The notes beneath the pieces were generated by a model. The model had not been told where the DNA came from. It did not search any database and saw only the letters and a program-made list of their open reading frames with translations. A program made the position numbers and the translations under genes. From IMG/VR virus record IMGVR_UViG_3300006217_000229: a stretch of 36,607 nucleotides of DNA. One strand, given 5' to 3'. Origin of the DNA: a virus. Every line of letters starts with the position of its first letter. The stretch's first letter is position 1. This document shows, one piece after another, positions 18,844-28,263 of the stretch.

Positions 18844-19065
18844 ATGTCTAAATTTTTATTAATAGATGGGAGCTATAGTACAGTTGAAGTTACAATACCA
18901 GATTGTACAGAATTATTAAGAAAAATAAAGCCTGAAGATATAAAGAAAAACAAAAATAGAAGAGAACTTGGATTATCAATAACGAAGTTTTTAGAAGAAA
19001 ATGGAGATATGAATCGTAGAAAATATTATGGAGGTGCAAAACAAAATGGGAATGTCAAAAACTAA
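18844..19065 (+). CDS. Hypothetical protein
   Basis: Collinear short ORF. Confidence 0.5.
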   Translation: MSKFLLIDGSYSTVEVTIPDCTELLRKIKPEDIKKNKNRRELGLSITKFLEENGDMNRRKYYGGAKQNGNVKN

Positions 19066-19336
19066 AAAAGCAATCGTAGCTTTGCAAGAAAGAGTAAATA
19101 CAATAGAACTTAATGGCGACATGATAGAAAAAGCATTAGGAAAAGAACAATATGAGGCCACAGTAAAATGCAAAGATGAAATAAAAACATTACTAGAAGC
19201 CTATGAAAAGCAAAAAGAATTTACAAGAAATACAATAAAAAACGCACGTACTAAAGTGTTAAATCAGAGAAATACAATAAAGATGTTAAAAAATCATAAT
19301 AAAAAGAAGAGTGGAAATTATGAAACAAATATTTAA
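19028..19336 (+). CDS. Hypothetical coiled-coil protein
   Basis: Lys/Glu rich ORF overlapping neighbours. Confidence 0.45.
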   Translation: MEVQNKMGMSKTKKAIVALQERVNTIELNGDMIEKALGKEQYEATVKCKDEIKTLLEAYEKQKEFTRNTIKNARTKVLNQRNTIKMLKNHNKKKSGNYETNI

Positions 19337-20709
19337 GCCTCATGAGTATCAGAAATATTGTATTTCAAGATGTATTACAGATAACAAGTTAGGATTATTT
19401 TTAGACATGGGTCTTGGTAAAACAGTAATAACTTTAACAGCAATAAATGACTTAAAATATAATAGGTTTAAAATACAAAAGGTTTTAGTAATAGCACCTA
19501 AGAGAGTAGCAGAAGATACCTGGACTAGAGAACAGGAAAAATGGGAACATTTAAAACTTTTGAGAGTTCAACCTGTTCTTGGGTCCTTACAAAAAAGAAT
19601 AAAAGCTTTAAATACTCCAGCAGATGTGTATGTGATCAATAGAGAAAATGTAGTATGGCTAGTTGATTATTATAAAAATGATTGGCCATTTGACACCGTA
19701 ATAATAGATGAATTATCGAGTTTTAAAAATAATAATTCAAAAAGATTTAAAGCTTTAAAGTGCATAAGGCCATTAATCAAAAGAATTATTGGTCTAACTG
19801 GAACACCTGCACCAAACGGGTATATAGATTTATGGTCTCAGATATATTTATTAGATCAGGGGGAAAGATTAGGTAAATTTATTACACATTATAGAGAAAA
19901 CTATTTTGAACCAGATAAAAGAAATGCAGAAAGAATATTTACTTATAAAGCAAGAGAAAATGCAGTTAGCACTATAAAAAATAAGATATCAGATATATGC
20001 ATAAGTTTACAAGCAAAAGATTACCTAGAGATGCCTGAGAAAGTAATAGATAATAGATTTATAAAATTAGATGCTAAAACACAAAAAGAGTATGACCAAT
20101 TTGAAAGAGAAATGTTTTTGAGACTTGATGAAGATGAAATTGATGTTACATCTGCAGCCGCACTTACTAATAAGCTTTTACAGTTCTGCAATGGTGCAGT
20201 TTACAAAGATGATAGCAAAGAATATGCAGAAGTGCATAATCTGAAAATAGATGCATTGGTAGAATTGATAGAAGAAGCACAGCGGACAGCCTTTGTTAGT
20301 ATTTTATAACTTTCAGCATGATTTAGATAGAATTAAAAAAGAGCTTAAAAAATTAAAATTAAGAGTCGGTATTTTAAAAGACAGTCAAGATATATCAAAA
20401 TGGAATAACAAAGAACTTGATATATTATTAGCGCACCCAGCATCTGCAGCATATGGATTAAATCTTCAAGAAGGCGGAAGTCATGTTGTTTGGTTCGGAT
20501 TGAATTGGAGCTTAGAGTTATATAGTCAAGCAAATGCAAGATTATATAGACAAGGTCAGAAGAACACTGTATTTATACATAATTTAGTTGTAGATGGGTG
20601 TAGAGACGTAGATGTAATTGATGCTTTAGAAAACAAGAACAGTAATCAAAATGCACTTTTAGAGAGTTTAAAAGCTAGAATTAGAAAAGTAAAAAACGAA
20701 AGGATCTAA
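19320..20709 (+). CDS. SNF2/DEAD-family helicase (+1 shift at CGG 20283)
   Basis: LFLDMGLGKTVITLTAINDL...VIIDELSSFKN...GLTGTPAPNGYIDLWSQIYLLDQGERLG...LIEEAQ-GQPLLVFYNFQHDLDRIKKEL...GGSHVVWFGLNWSLELYSQANARLYRQGQ. Confidence 0.92.
20283..20286 (+). other. In-frame CGG +1 site (CAG CGGA)
   Basis: IEEAQ-GQPLLVFYNFQHDLDRI after +1. Confidence 0.95.
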
Positions 20710-20713
20710 TAAG

Positions 20714-20914
20714 ATGAAAATTCTTGAACAAGGTAAGATTAAGCAGATATTAAAAATAAAGAAATGCAAAATTTGTAAATCAGTATTCACCTATAGTGAA
20801 GAAGATGCAATGGTTATTTTTAACACAATGAAAGAAAAAATATCAGTAGGAGTAGTATGCCCAGTTTGTGAAGAACTTATAAAGATATCTGCATTTGATA
20901 GGAAGGCTAAATAG
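20714..20914 (+). CDS. Zinc-finger-like small protein
   Basis: KKCKICKSVFTY...VGVVCPVCEEL (two CxxC). Confidence 0.55.
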   Translation: MKILEQGKIKQILKIKKCKICKSVFTYSEEDAMVIFNTMKEKISVGVVCPVCEELIKISAFDRKAK

Positions 20915-20929
20915 AAAGAAGGTGACAGA

Positions 20930-21094
20930 ATGATTATAATACTTAAGATTATAATTGCAGTATTATTAGGATTATTTATAATCGGAAAAATGGCAGATTC
21001 ATTTAATAATAAAGACAATATAAAAATGGAGGTAGTATATTACGTTGAAATTATAATTAGCATTATTTGTACCATAATCTTGTTTAGATTGTGA
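20930..21094 (+). CDS. Small membrane protein
   Basis: MIIILKIIIAVLLGLFIIGKMADSFNNKDNIKMEVVYYVEIIISIICTIILFRL. Confidence 0.4.
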   Translation: MIIILKIIIAVLLGLFIIGKMADSFNNKDNIKMEVVYYVEIIISIICTIILFRL

Positions 21095-21103
21095 GGTGTT
21101 TAG

Positions 21104-21523
21104 ATGACAAGAGATAAGTTAGCAAAATACTATGATTTAAAAGATGAAATATTTGACTTAAAGAAAAGAATACATAAAATTAAGAATGATGGTTTAATAG
21201 AAAAAGATAGCGTAAAAGGATCTTCAAAGTATCATCCATATATATCACACAGTATGGTTGTAGAAGGGCCAGGAGAGGGAACAATAAAATTACTAACAGC
21301 ATTGGAGCAAAAGCTTTCGAAACAATATGAAAAGTTGTTAGAACAACAAATAGAGATAGAGGATTTTATAGAAACAATTGAAAAACCTAAACTTAGAGAG
21401 ATTTTTAGATTAAGATATTTGGATGGGTATACCTGGTATCAGATAGCATTGGAATGTGGGTATAATAACGAGGACACCCCAAGAAAGAAACACGACAGAT
21501 TTTTAGAGAACTTACAGCCATAA
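21104..21523 (+). CDS. ArpU/RinA-like late transcription regulator (DUF1492-like, sigma-like C-terminus)
   Basis: ...LREIFRLRYLDGYTWYQIALECGYNNEDTPRKKHDRFLENL, immediately upstream of the terminase. Confidence 0.7.
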   Translation: MTRDKLAKYYDLKDEIFDLKKRIHKIKNDGLIEKDSVKGSSKYHPYISHSMVVEGPGEGTIKLLTALEQKLSKQYEKLLEQQIEIEDFIETIEKPKLREIFRLRYLDGYTWYQIALECGYNNEDTPRKKHDRFLENLQP

Positions 21524-21648
21524 TGGTTGTAAGTTTTTTTATAAAAATTTATAAAATGTCCGGTCATGTCCGGTGTCAAGATGTTAAAATAAGTATAAGC
21601 AAAAGTATATACATCTACTTTTTACTAATAGTTATTTTGATAAAAAAG

Positions 21649-21678
21649 CTTGTTACTTAGCAGTAACGAGTTTTTTTT
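21649..21678 (+). terminator. Rho-independent terminator
   Basis: cttgttact-tagc-agtaacgag stem followed by T8. Confidence 0.75.
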
Positions 21679-21701
21679 ATGCAGAGAAGAGGTGAACCGG
21701 A

Positions 21702-22222
21702 TTGGCAAAATTAACAGATAAACAGGAGCGATTTGTAGAAGAGTATCTTATAGATTTAAATTCAACACAAGCTGCAATAAGGGCGGGGTATAGTGTTAAG
21801 AGTGCAGGAAAGATAGGACCAGAACTACTAGGCAAAACTAGGATTTCAGAGGCAATAACAAAGAAAAAAGCTGAACGTTCTAAAAGAACAGGAATAACAG
21901 CTGACAGAGTGCTAGAAGAGTATGCAAAAATTGCTTTTGCAAATGCTGATGACATTATAGATTTTAAAACCGGAAGAATTAAGCCATTTGCTACAAAAGA
22001 TGATTTAGCAACGATACAATCTGTTAAAGTAAAAGAGTCATCTCGGAAATGTAGACACAGAGGAAAGAGAAGTAAAATTGTATGATAAACAAAGGGCATT
22101 AGAAATGCTTGGAAAGCATTTGGGAATGTTTAAAGATAAAGTTGAGCTATCTGGGAATGTTGGACATCCGCTTCTTGAAAGTATAGCAAGACAGCTTCGG
22201 CGGTGGTGCAAGTGCAGAATAA
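21702..22222 (+). CDS. terS: Terminase small subunit (+1 shifts at CGG 22044 and 22198)
   Basis: LTDKQERFVEEYLIDLNSTQAAIRAGYSVKSAGKIGPELLGKTRISEAI...; after shifts: KESS-GNVDTEEREVKLYDKQRALEMLGKHLGMFKDKVELSG...ESIARQL-GGGASAE stop. Confidence 0.88.
22044..22047 (+). other. In-frame CGG +1 site (TCT CGGA)
   Basis: KESS-GNVDTEEREVKLYDKQRALEMLGKHLGMF after +1. Confidence 0.92.
22198..22201 (+). other. In-frame CGG +1 site (CTT CGGC)
   Basis: ARQL-GGGASAE-stop after +1; a natural small-terminase C-terminus overlapping the terL start. Confidence 0.8.
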
Positions 22223-23588
22223 TGAGCCATTTCCATTAAGTTCAAAGTACATAGATTTTATGAAGCACGATGCAAGCGCGGAATTCCTAGAGGGAACAAC
22301 ATATGCAGGTAAGACAACAGTAGCGATACCAAAGTTCATGAACAAAGTAATGCTAAGTCCTAAAAAGTCTATTATTTCAGGATTAGATTTAGGAACAATT
22401 CAAAAGAATATTGTAACAAAAGATCATGGAATATTAGAGCTGTATGGGGATTATGAAAAAGGTGGATTAATAGAGCAAAACACAAATGGAACTAAAGAAG
22501 ATAGCCTTCCACATTTATTGTTTCATACTCCTTATGGGGTCAAGACAATTTATCTGATAGGGTATGATAATACAGCAAGATGGAAAAAAGCACTTGGTGG
22601 ACAATATGGGAATTTACTCATAGATGAGTTTAACATAGCTGATATGGAATTTGTAAGAGAAGCATTCATGAGGGCAGATTATAGGTTATGCACTATGAAC
22701 CCAGATGACCCAAATAAAGAGTGCTATACACAGTATGTTAATAAATCAAAACCAATAGATAAATACAAGGATGATGCTCCAGCAGAACTTTTAAAGATGT
22801 TAGATCAACCTCAAGTAAACGATTGGACTTGGTGGTATTTTACTTTTGATGATAATGCGAGTTTAACGCCAGAGAAAAAGCATGACATTATAAGTACAAC
22901 CCCAAAAGGCACTAAACTTTGGAAGAATAAAATACAAGGCCTAAGAGGAAAGGCAACAGGATTAATATTTAATATAGAAAAACAACACACAATAACTGTT
23001 GAGGAAGCTAAAAAGTTAAAATTTAAGACTTTTTCTGTTGGATGCGATACATCATATTCAAAAGAAACTCATGATAAATTAACACTTGAGGGTACAGGAA
23101 TTACAGTTGATAATAGATGCGTTTTACTAAAAGAAAAAGGTTTTAATAATAAAAATAGAGAAAATCCATTTGCGCCATCTGATGTAGTAAAATGGATTTT
23201 AGACTTTATGGAAGAATTCAAGCAGGAATGGGGATTTGCAAGAACATGTTATATAGACAGTGCAGACAGTGGAACTATTATGGAAGCTAAGAAGATGAAA
23301 AGACTTACTCATTGTGTTTATAACTTTGAACCTTCTTGGAAGAAAACTAAGAATATAACAAGAATTCAATTAGAGCAAAGTTGGTTAACTACTGGCGATT
23401 TTTTAATTGTTGATACATGCACTGATTATTTAGCTGAAAGTGATGTTTACAGTTGGACTGAAGATAATAAGCCAGAAGATAAAAATGACCATCACAGACA
23501 AGGATGTCAATATTCATGGCTTCCATATAAAAGACAAATTGGTAATTGGGAAAAGATAAAACAGATAATAAAGGATGCTGATGATTAA
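22203..23588 (+). CDS. terL: Terminase large subunit
   Basis: SKYIDFMKHDASAEFLEGTTYAGKTTVAIPKFMNKV...LLIDEFNIADMEFVREAFMRADYRLCTMNPDDPNK. Confidence 0.92.
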   Translation: MVQVQNNEPFPLSSKYIDFMKHDASAEFLEGTTYAGKTTVAIPKFMNKVMLSPKKSIISGLDLGTIQKNIVTKDHGILELYGDYEKGGLIEQNTNGTKEDSLPHLLFHTPYGVKTIYLIGYDNTARWKKALGGQYGNLLIDEFNIADMEFVREAFMRADYRLCTMNPDDPNKECYTQYVNKSKPIDKYKDDAPAELLKMLDQPQVNDWTWWYFTFDDNASLTPEKKHDIISTTPKGTKLWKNKIQGLRGKATGLIFNIEKQHTITVEEAKKLKFKTFSVGCDTSYSKETHDKLTLEGTGITVDNRCVLLKEKGFNNKNRENPFAPSDVVKWILDFMEEFKQEWGFARTCYIDSADSGTIMEAKKMKRLTHCVYNFEPSWKKTKNITRIQLEQSWLTTGDFLIVDTCTDYLAESDVYSWTEDNKPEDKNDHHRQGCQYSWLPYKRQIGNWEKIKQIIKDADD

Positions 23589-23827
23589 TGGAAACAAAAT
23601 GCATTTGTTTAATAGAAAATAGAGCTTATAAGATGGAAGAAGTTAGATTAAGAGAAATATTAAATATGATTAAGAAAAAATATAGAAAAGATAATAAGCA
23701 TGCAATATATGCATTGAGAAAGGGAAATACCTTTGATTTGCAAAGGCAAGAATTTAGTACGTTTTATAGAACTCAATTGAAAGCTGAAGAGTATAGAAAA
23801 CAAGGGTATGTTGTTTATTGTGTGTAG
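23588..23827 (+). CDS. Hypothetical protein between TerL and portal
   Basis: 79-aa ORF overlapping the TerL stop. Confidence 0.45.
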   Translation: METKCICLIENRAYKMEEVRLREILNMIKKKYRKDNKHAIYALRKGNTFDLQRQEFSTFYRTQLKAEEYRKQGYVVYCV

Positions 23828-23838
23828 GAGGAGATCAA

Positions 23839-25295
23839 ATGGGAATAGGAGGTAAACTAAAAGAAATGGTTAGAAACTGGTTAGAAATACAACCGTCTAT
23901 TCGGGGAGTCTGTAACAATTCAGCAGAATGATACGTTCGAAGGGAATTGTTTTAGAAATTTACTATGGTATAGAGGTGATCCGACTGAGTTACATCAATA
24001 TTATACTCAGATAGACGACATGATGGGAAACTCAAAATTTTGGGCTGCTCAAAGTACAGATGGAGTAGATTTTAGAAAGATACATACAGGACTTCCTGCT
24101 TTAATAGTAGATATTCTAGCAGATATTATTATAGATTCTTTAAACTCAATTGATATAGGTAAAAATGATGACGCTCAAAAAAATTGGAACAAAATTGAAG
24201 AAGATAATAGCTTTAAAGACATAGTAAAACAAGCGATAATAGATGTGTTTATAGAATGCGATGGAGCGTTTAAAATAAGTTATGATACTGATGTATCAGA
24301 ATACCCAATAATAGAGTTTTACTCAGGACCTAATGTAGAATTTGTTTATAAAAGAGGCAGAATAGTAGCAATAATATTCAAGACAAAATATAAAAAGAAA
24401 AATGCAGAATATTTGTTAAAAGAAAAATATGATAAAAATGGAATAACCTATAGATTATATAGAAATGAGGCAATTGTAGGATTAGAGGAATTAGATGAGA
24501 CTAAGGACTTAAAGGAAGTTACAGATAATAACTTTATGATGGCGGTTCCTATGATGTTTAATAAGTCTAAAAAATTCAAGGGTAGAGGACAAAGTATACT
24601 TGATAAGAAAATTGATGACTTTGATAGCTTTGATGAAGTATGGTCACAATGGATTGAAGCTTTAAGAGATAATAAAACTCAGACATATATACCAGAAGAA
24701 CTTATTCCAACAAATGACAATGGAGATTTGCTAAAACCTAATACCTGGAATAAACGTTTTGTGCAGATAGGAAATACAACAACTGAAGATAAAGCAGGGC
24801 AAGTGTTAAGGGTTACACGGCGATTTCGACTATGAAAAGATGCTTCAAGGTTATATCACAGCATTGGATTTATGTCTGCAAGGACTTATATCTCCATCTA
24901 CTTTAGGAATTGATACTAAGAAACTTGATAATGCAGAGGCACAAAGGGAAAAAGAGAAGGTAACTCAATATACTAGAAATAAAGTAATAAGAATATTAGA
25001 AAAGGTACTTCCACAAGTTGCAACTATTGCACTTATGGCATATGATAAAGCAAGAGGAGAAGTAGCAGGGGAATATACAGCTACTGCAGACTTTGGAGAA
25101 TATAGTTCTCCAAGTTTTGAAGCAGTTGTTGAAACGATTTCAAAAGCAAGACCAGGTCAATCTATTATGAGTGTTGAAAAATCAGTAGATGAACTATATG
25201 GAGATAGTCTATCAGAAACAGAAAAAAAGGAAGAAATAAACCGTTTGAAAGAAGAGGCAGGAATAATAGAAAAGAACGAGCCTACGGTATGGTAG
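23839..25295 (+). CDS. Portal protein (+1 shifts at CGG 23902 and 24818)
   Basis: Corrected: MGIGGKLKEMVRNWLEIQPSI-GESVTIQQNDTFEGNCFRNLLWYRGDPTELHQYYTQ...GQVLRVT-GDFDYEKMLQGYITALDLCLQGLISPSTLGID. Confidence 0.88.
23902..23905 (+). other. In-frame CGG +1 site (ATT CGGG)
   Basis: EIQPSI-GESVTIQQNDTFEGN after +1. Confidence 0.9.
24818..24821 (+). other. In-frame CGG +1 site (ACA CGGC)
   Basis: VLRVT-GDFDYEKMLQGYITALD after +1. Confidence 0.92.
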
Positions 25296-25305
25296 GTGAC
25301 TAAAT

Positions 25306-26802
25306 ATGTCTGATGAATATGATATTAAAAAGATATTTGAAGAAATCGAATTGGAATTAATAGCATCTATGAAAAGAACTTTGTGGTTACACAAAGAAGA
25401 TGAAAGCGCAAAAGATTTCAACTGGCCTCAATGGCAGGCGTTAAAATTAAAACAAATACAGCAATATAGAATAGATAATAAAGAAATATTTGATAGCAAA
25501 GCAATAGACGTAGATAGACATGTGATAAAACATATGAAACAACAATTCAAAGAAGCGGCTGCGAAAACGAATAAAAGAGCAATAAAGCTTGGGATTATAA
25601 GTAATAAAGATTCTGAATTTGGAGGATCTTTTTTTGGTTTAAACACAAGAAAATTAGATTCTCTAATAAATAGTGCAAAAAATGATTTAAGAGATGTAAG
25701 AACTGCAACATTAAGGATGGCAAACGACCAGTTTAGACAAGTTATATATAAATCGCAAATGTATGCTAATATGGGTGTTGGAACAGTGCAGCAAGCTATT
25801 GACATGGCAACAAAAGATTTTTTAAGCAGGGGATTTAACTGCATAGAATATAAAAATGGAAGAAGAATAAACATTGCAGATTATTGTGATATGTCTATAA
25901 AAACAGCATATACAAGAGCAGGACTTGCAGGAGATGGCGAAATCAGAAAGAAAATAGGTAATCCACTCGTTTATGTATCAAAGCACGAGGGAACTTGTGA
26001 TAAATGCAGTAAATGGGCTGGAAGAGTATATATAGATGACGTATGGTCAGGAGGTAAAGAAGAAGATGGGAAATACCCGCTTCTATCAACAGCAATAGCA
26101 GGGGGGCTATTTCACCCTCGCTGTCAGCACAGAACGACTACATATTTTGAAGGAATAAACGAAGAGCCAGAAGAGATACAAGAAAACGAGCATAATAACA
26201 ATGACGTATATATACAAGACTTGCAGAGAAGAAAAAAACAGTACGAAAGATTAGCAGCAGGCAGTTTATATACAGATAATATTCAAGATTATTCAAATAA
26301 AGCAGCTAATTTGCAAAATCAGATAGAAAGTAGTAAAATAGAACTATTAGAGGATGAGCAGTATGCTATGAATAGATATATTGCTTCTGAGAGCTATAAA
26401 ATTAATGAAGCTTTAAGAAATGAAATGGAATTAACTCAGATGCAAGAAAAAATAATGCACAACTTGGATTCAGCATTAGAAAAGATGCCAAACTATAATG
26501 GAAACATAGTAAGAACTATGCAGATAGATGATGATTTTAAGTTAAGGCAGTTCATAGACAGTTTAGAGGTAGGAAAACCGTATAAACCAAAAGAATATTT
26601 ATCTTTTAGCGATAAATTAGACTACAATTTGAAATCAAACGTAGATATATTCGTAGAAAACAGTAAAAAGGGAAAGGATTTAAGAGCCTACAACAAAGAA
26701 GAAAGTGAAATAATATATAAAAGAGATAGTAAATTTAGAGTATTGAATAAGAAACTAGTAAATGGTAAGCATTACATACTGTTGGAGGAGGTATATGAAT
26801 AA
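25306..26802 (+). CDS. Minor head (MuF/SPP1 gp7-like) protein with possible C-terminal ADP-ribosyltransferase-like domain
   Basis: Head morphogenesis motif YCDMSIKTAYTRAGLAGDG...HPRCQHRTTTYFEG; C-terminus NGNIVRTMQ...YKPKEYLSFSD...LRAYNKEESEIIYKRDSKFRVLNKK. Confidence 0.8.
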   Translation: MSDEYDIKKIFEEIELELIASMKRTLWLHKEDESAKDFNWPQWQALKLKQIQQYRIDNKEIFDSKAIDVDRHVIKHMKQQFKEAAAKTNKRAIKLGIISNKDSEFGGSFFGLNTRKLDSLINSAKNDLRDVRTATLRMANDQFRQVIYKSQMYANMGVGTVQQAIDMATKDFLSRGFNCIEYKNGRRINIADYCDMSIKTAYTRAGLAGDGEIRKKIGNPLVYVSKHEGTCDKCSKWAGRVYIDDVWSGGKEEDGKYPLLSTAIAGGLFHPRCQHRTTTYFEGINEEPEEIQENEHNNNDVYIQDLQRRKKQYERLAAGSLYTDNIQDYSNKAANLQNQIESSKIELLEDEQYAMNRYIASESYKINEALRNEMELTQMQEKIMHNLDSALEKMPNYNGNIVRTMQIDDDFKLRQFIDSLEVGKPYKPKEYLSFSDKLDYNLKSNVDIFVENSKKGKDLRAYNKEESEIIYKRDSKFRVLNKKLVNGKHYILLEEVYE

Positions 26803-26992
26803 AAATAGCCCAAGATGGATGCATGAGGTGCCTAATTTTGGAAATCCCATAGGTGAAAAGAAATTCAGCAATAAAGAAAAGATAGAAAATGAAAAGAAAC
26901 TTTTAAGATGTATGGTGGATTTTAAAGAAATAACAGAACAAGAAGCAGAGAAAATGTTAGATGAGTACAAAAAGTCTTTAAATACAAATTAA
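26795..26992 (+). CDS. Hypothetical protein
   Basis: RBS ggaggaggt, ATG; MNKNSPRWMHEVPNFGNPIGEKKFSNKEKI... Confidence 0.55.
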   Translation: MNKNSPRWMHEVPNFGNPIGEKKFSNKEKIENEKKLLRCMVDFKEITEQEAEKMLDEYKKSLNTN

Positions 26993-27080
26993 AAACACAT
27001 TTTTATTACAATTTTCGACATTATTTTTATCAAAAGCATGATATTATTCTTTGTAATTAATAAAATAGGAGTGATATTAT

Positions 27081-27341
27081 ATGGTATGTCCAAATTGTGG
27101 TTCAAATAATAGTCAGGCTATATCAAACGTGAAAGGAAAAATAAAAAGAAGAGGTCTAATATCTACTTTAGTAAATCTGTTACTTATATGCTGCACTGCT
27201 GGTGCTTGGTTAATAATTATGATTATTAGAGGTGGCAGTAAAGGAAAGATTAAAACAGAGACTAAATTTGTTTGTATGGATTGTGGTAATGAATACACAG
27301 CTAAAGAGTCAAATAAAGCATTAGCAAAAACAAGAAAATAA
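27081..27341 (+). CDS. Zinc-ribbon membrane protein (moron-like)
   Basis: MVCPNCGSNNSQ...TM...FVCMDCGNEYTAKESNKA; own terminator downstream. Confidence 0.7.
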   Translation: MVCPNCGSNNSQAISNVKGKIKRRGLISTLVNLLLICCTAGAWLIIMIIRGGSKGKIKTETKFVCMDCGNEYTAKESNKALAKTRK

Positions 27342-27357
27342 ATAAGTTTTTAACATT

Positions 27358-27380
27358 GAGAGCAATAAGCTCTCTTTTTT
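27358..27380 (+). terminator. Rho-independent terminator
   Basis: gagagc-aataa-gctctc followed by T6. Confidence 0.85.
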
Positions 27381-27461
27381 ATATGCCAAAAACATGTCTA
27401 TGGCTTAAATAGTATCATGGGCGAATCTATAGCCGACGGGCTTTAAACGGGAGGTTCCAAT

Positions 27462-28193
27462 ATGGAAAATGATGAAGAAAATAAGAATGCAGAGACTCAA
27501 TCTGCTACAGAAAACACTGATGCTGGTAATGAAAATAAAGGGTCTACTTCTGAGGGCACAATAGCAAATGCATTCGGAAATAAAGAGGGAGATGACAGCA
27601 AAGGTAATGAAGAATCTACAGAAGATAACAAGGAAGGTTCTGAAGCTGAAAACAAAGATGAGAAAAAAGGTGGAAGTAAGGCAAGTTCTGTTGCAAAACA
27701 AAATGAGGACGGGTCTATTACTTTCAAAAATCAGAAAGAATTAGACGGGTTCATTTCAAAGATGTATGCCAAAGGCGCATCTAAGGCAGAAAATAACAAT
27801 AACACACAAAATTCTAAAACTGATGAAAACACCAAAGATGGAGAAAAAGAAGAGGAAAGCGATTCACAAGAAGGTGAAATTGGAAACGAGCAACCCCTAA
27901 AGGATTATACAGATTCTATAGCACTAGCTCTAGTAGAAGCAGATATAAACCCTAAGAAAGCAAGAAAAGCTAGCCGTTTAATAGACACTGGCAAAGTAAT
28001 AATAAACGGCGTATTAGACAGTGCGAAATTAGAAGAGGAGATTAACAATCTAGTTGCTGAATGGCCTGAATTAAAGAATTCAAATCAAGATGTTAATCAA
28101 GCAAAGGGTTTTAAATTTGGAGGAGAAGGACAACAAGATGAAAACACAGAAGAGAATCAATTAGCTCAAATCTTTGGTAACAATAATAACTAA
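27462..28193 (+). CDS. Scaffolding protein
   Basis: Highly acidic/low complexity N-terminus, coiled coil, immediately upstream of the capsid gene. Confidence 0.8.
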   Translation: MENDEENKNAETQSATENTDAGNENKGSTSEGTIANAFGNKEGDDSKGNEESTEDNKEGSEAENKDEKKGGSKASSVAKQNEDGSITFKNQKELDGFISKMYAKGASKAENNNNTQNSKTDENTKDGEKEEESDSQEGEIGNEQPLKDYTDSIALALVEADINPKKARKASRLIDTGKVIINGVLDSAKLEEEINNLVAEWPELKNSNQDVNQAKGFKFGGEGQQDENTEENQLAQIFGNNNN

Positions 28194-28263
28194 TAGAAAA
28201 AAGTATATGTATTCAATCATTTTGCTAAAAAAAATATGAAAGGATGATTGAATATGGCGAATA
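28185..28263 (+). repeat. Direct repeat copy 1: hairpin leader of the major capsid gene
   Basis: aataactaatagaaaaaagtatatgTATTCAATCATtttgctaaaaaaaatatgaaaggATGATTGAATAtggcgaata; 11-bp perfect stem 28210-28220 / 28244-28254. Confidence 0.92.

Noticed and set aside
21541-21580. tgtccggtcatgtccggtg direct repeat before the terminase
   Set aside because: Only two short copies with no clear partner. Noted as possible regulatory sequence but too weak to call.
22198-22204. Two separate shifts at the adjacent CGG CGG in terS
   Set aside because: A single +1 shift at 22198 already gives GGC GGT GGT and a sensible C-terminus. The second CGG is then out of phase.
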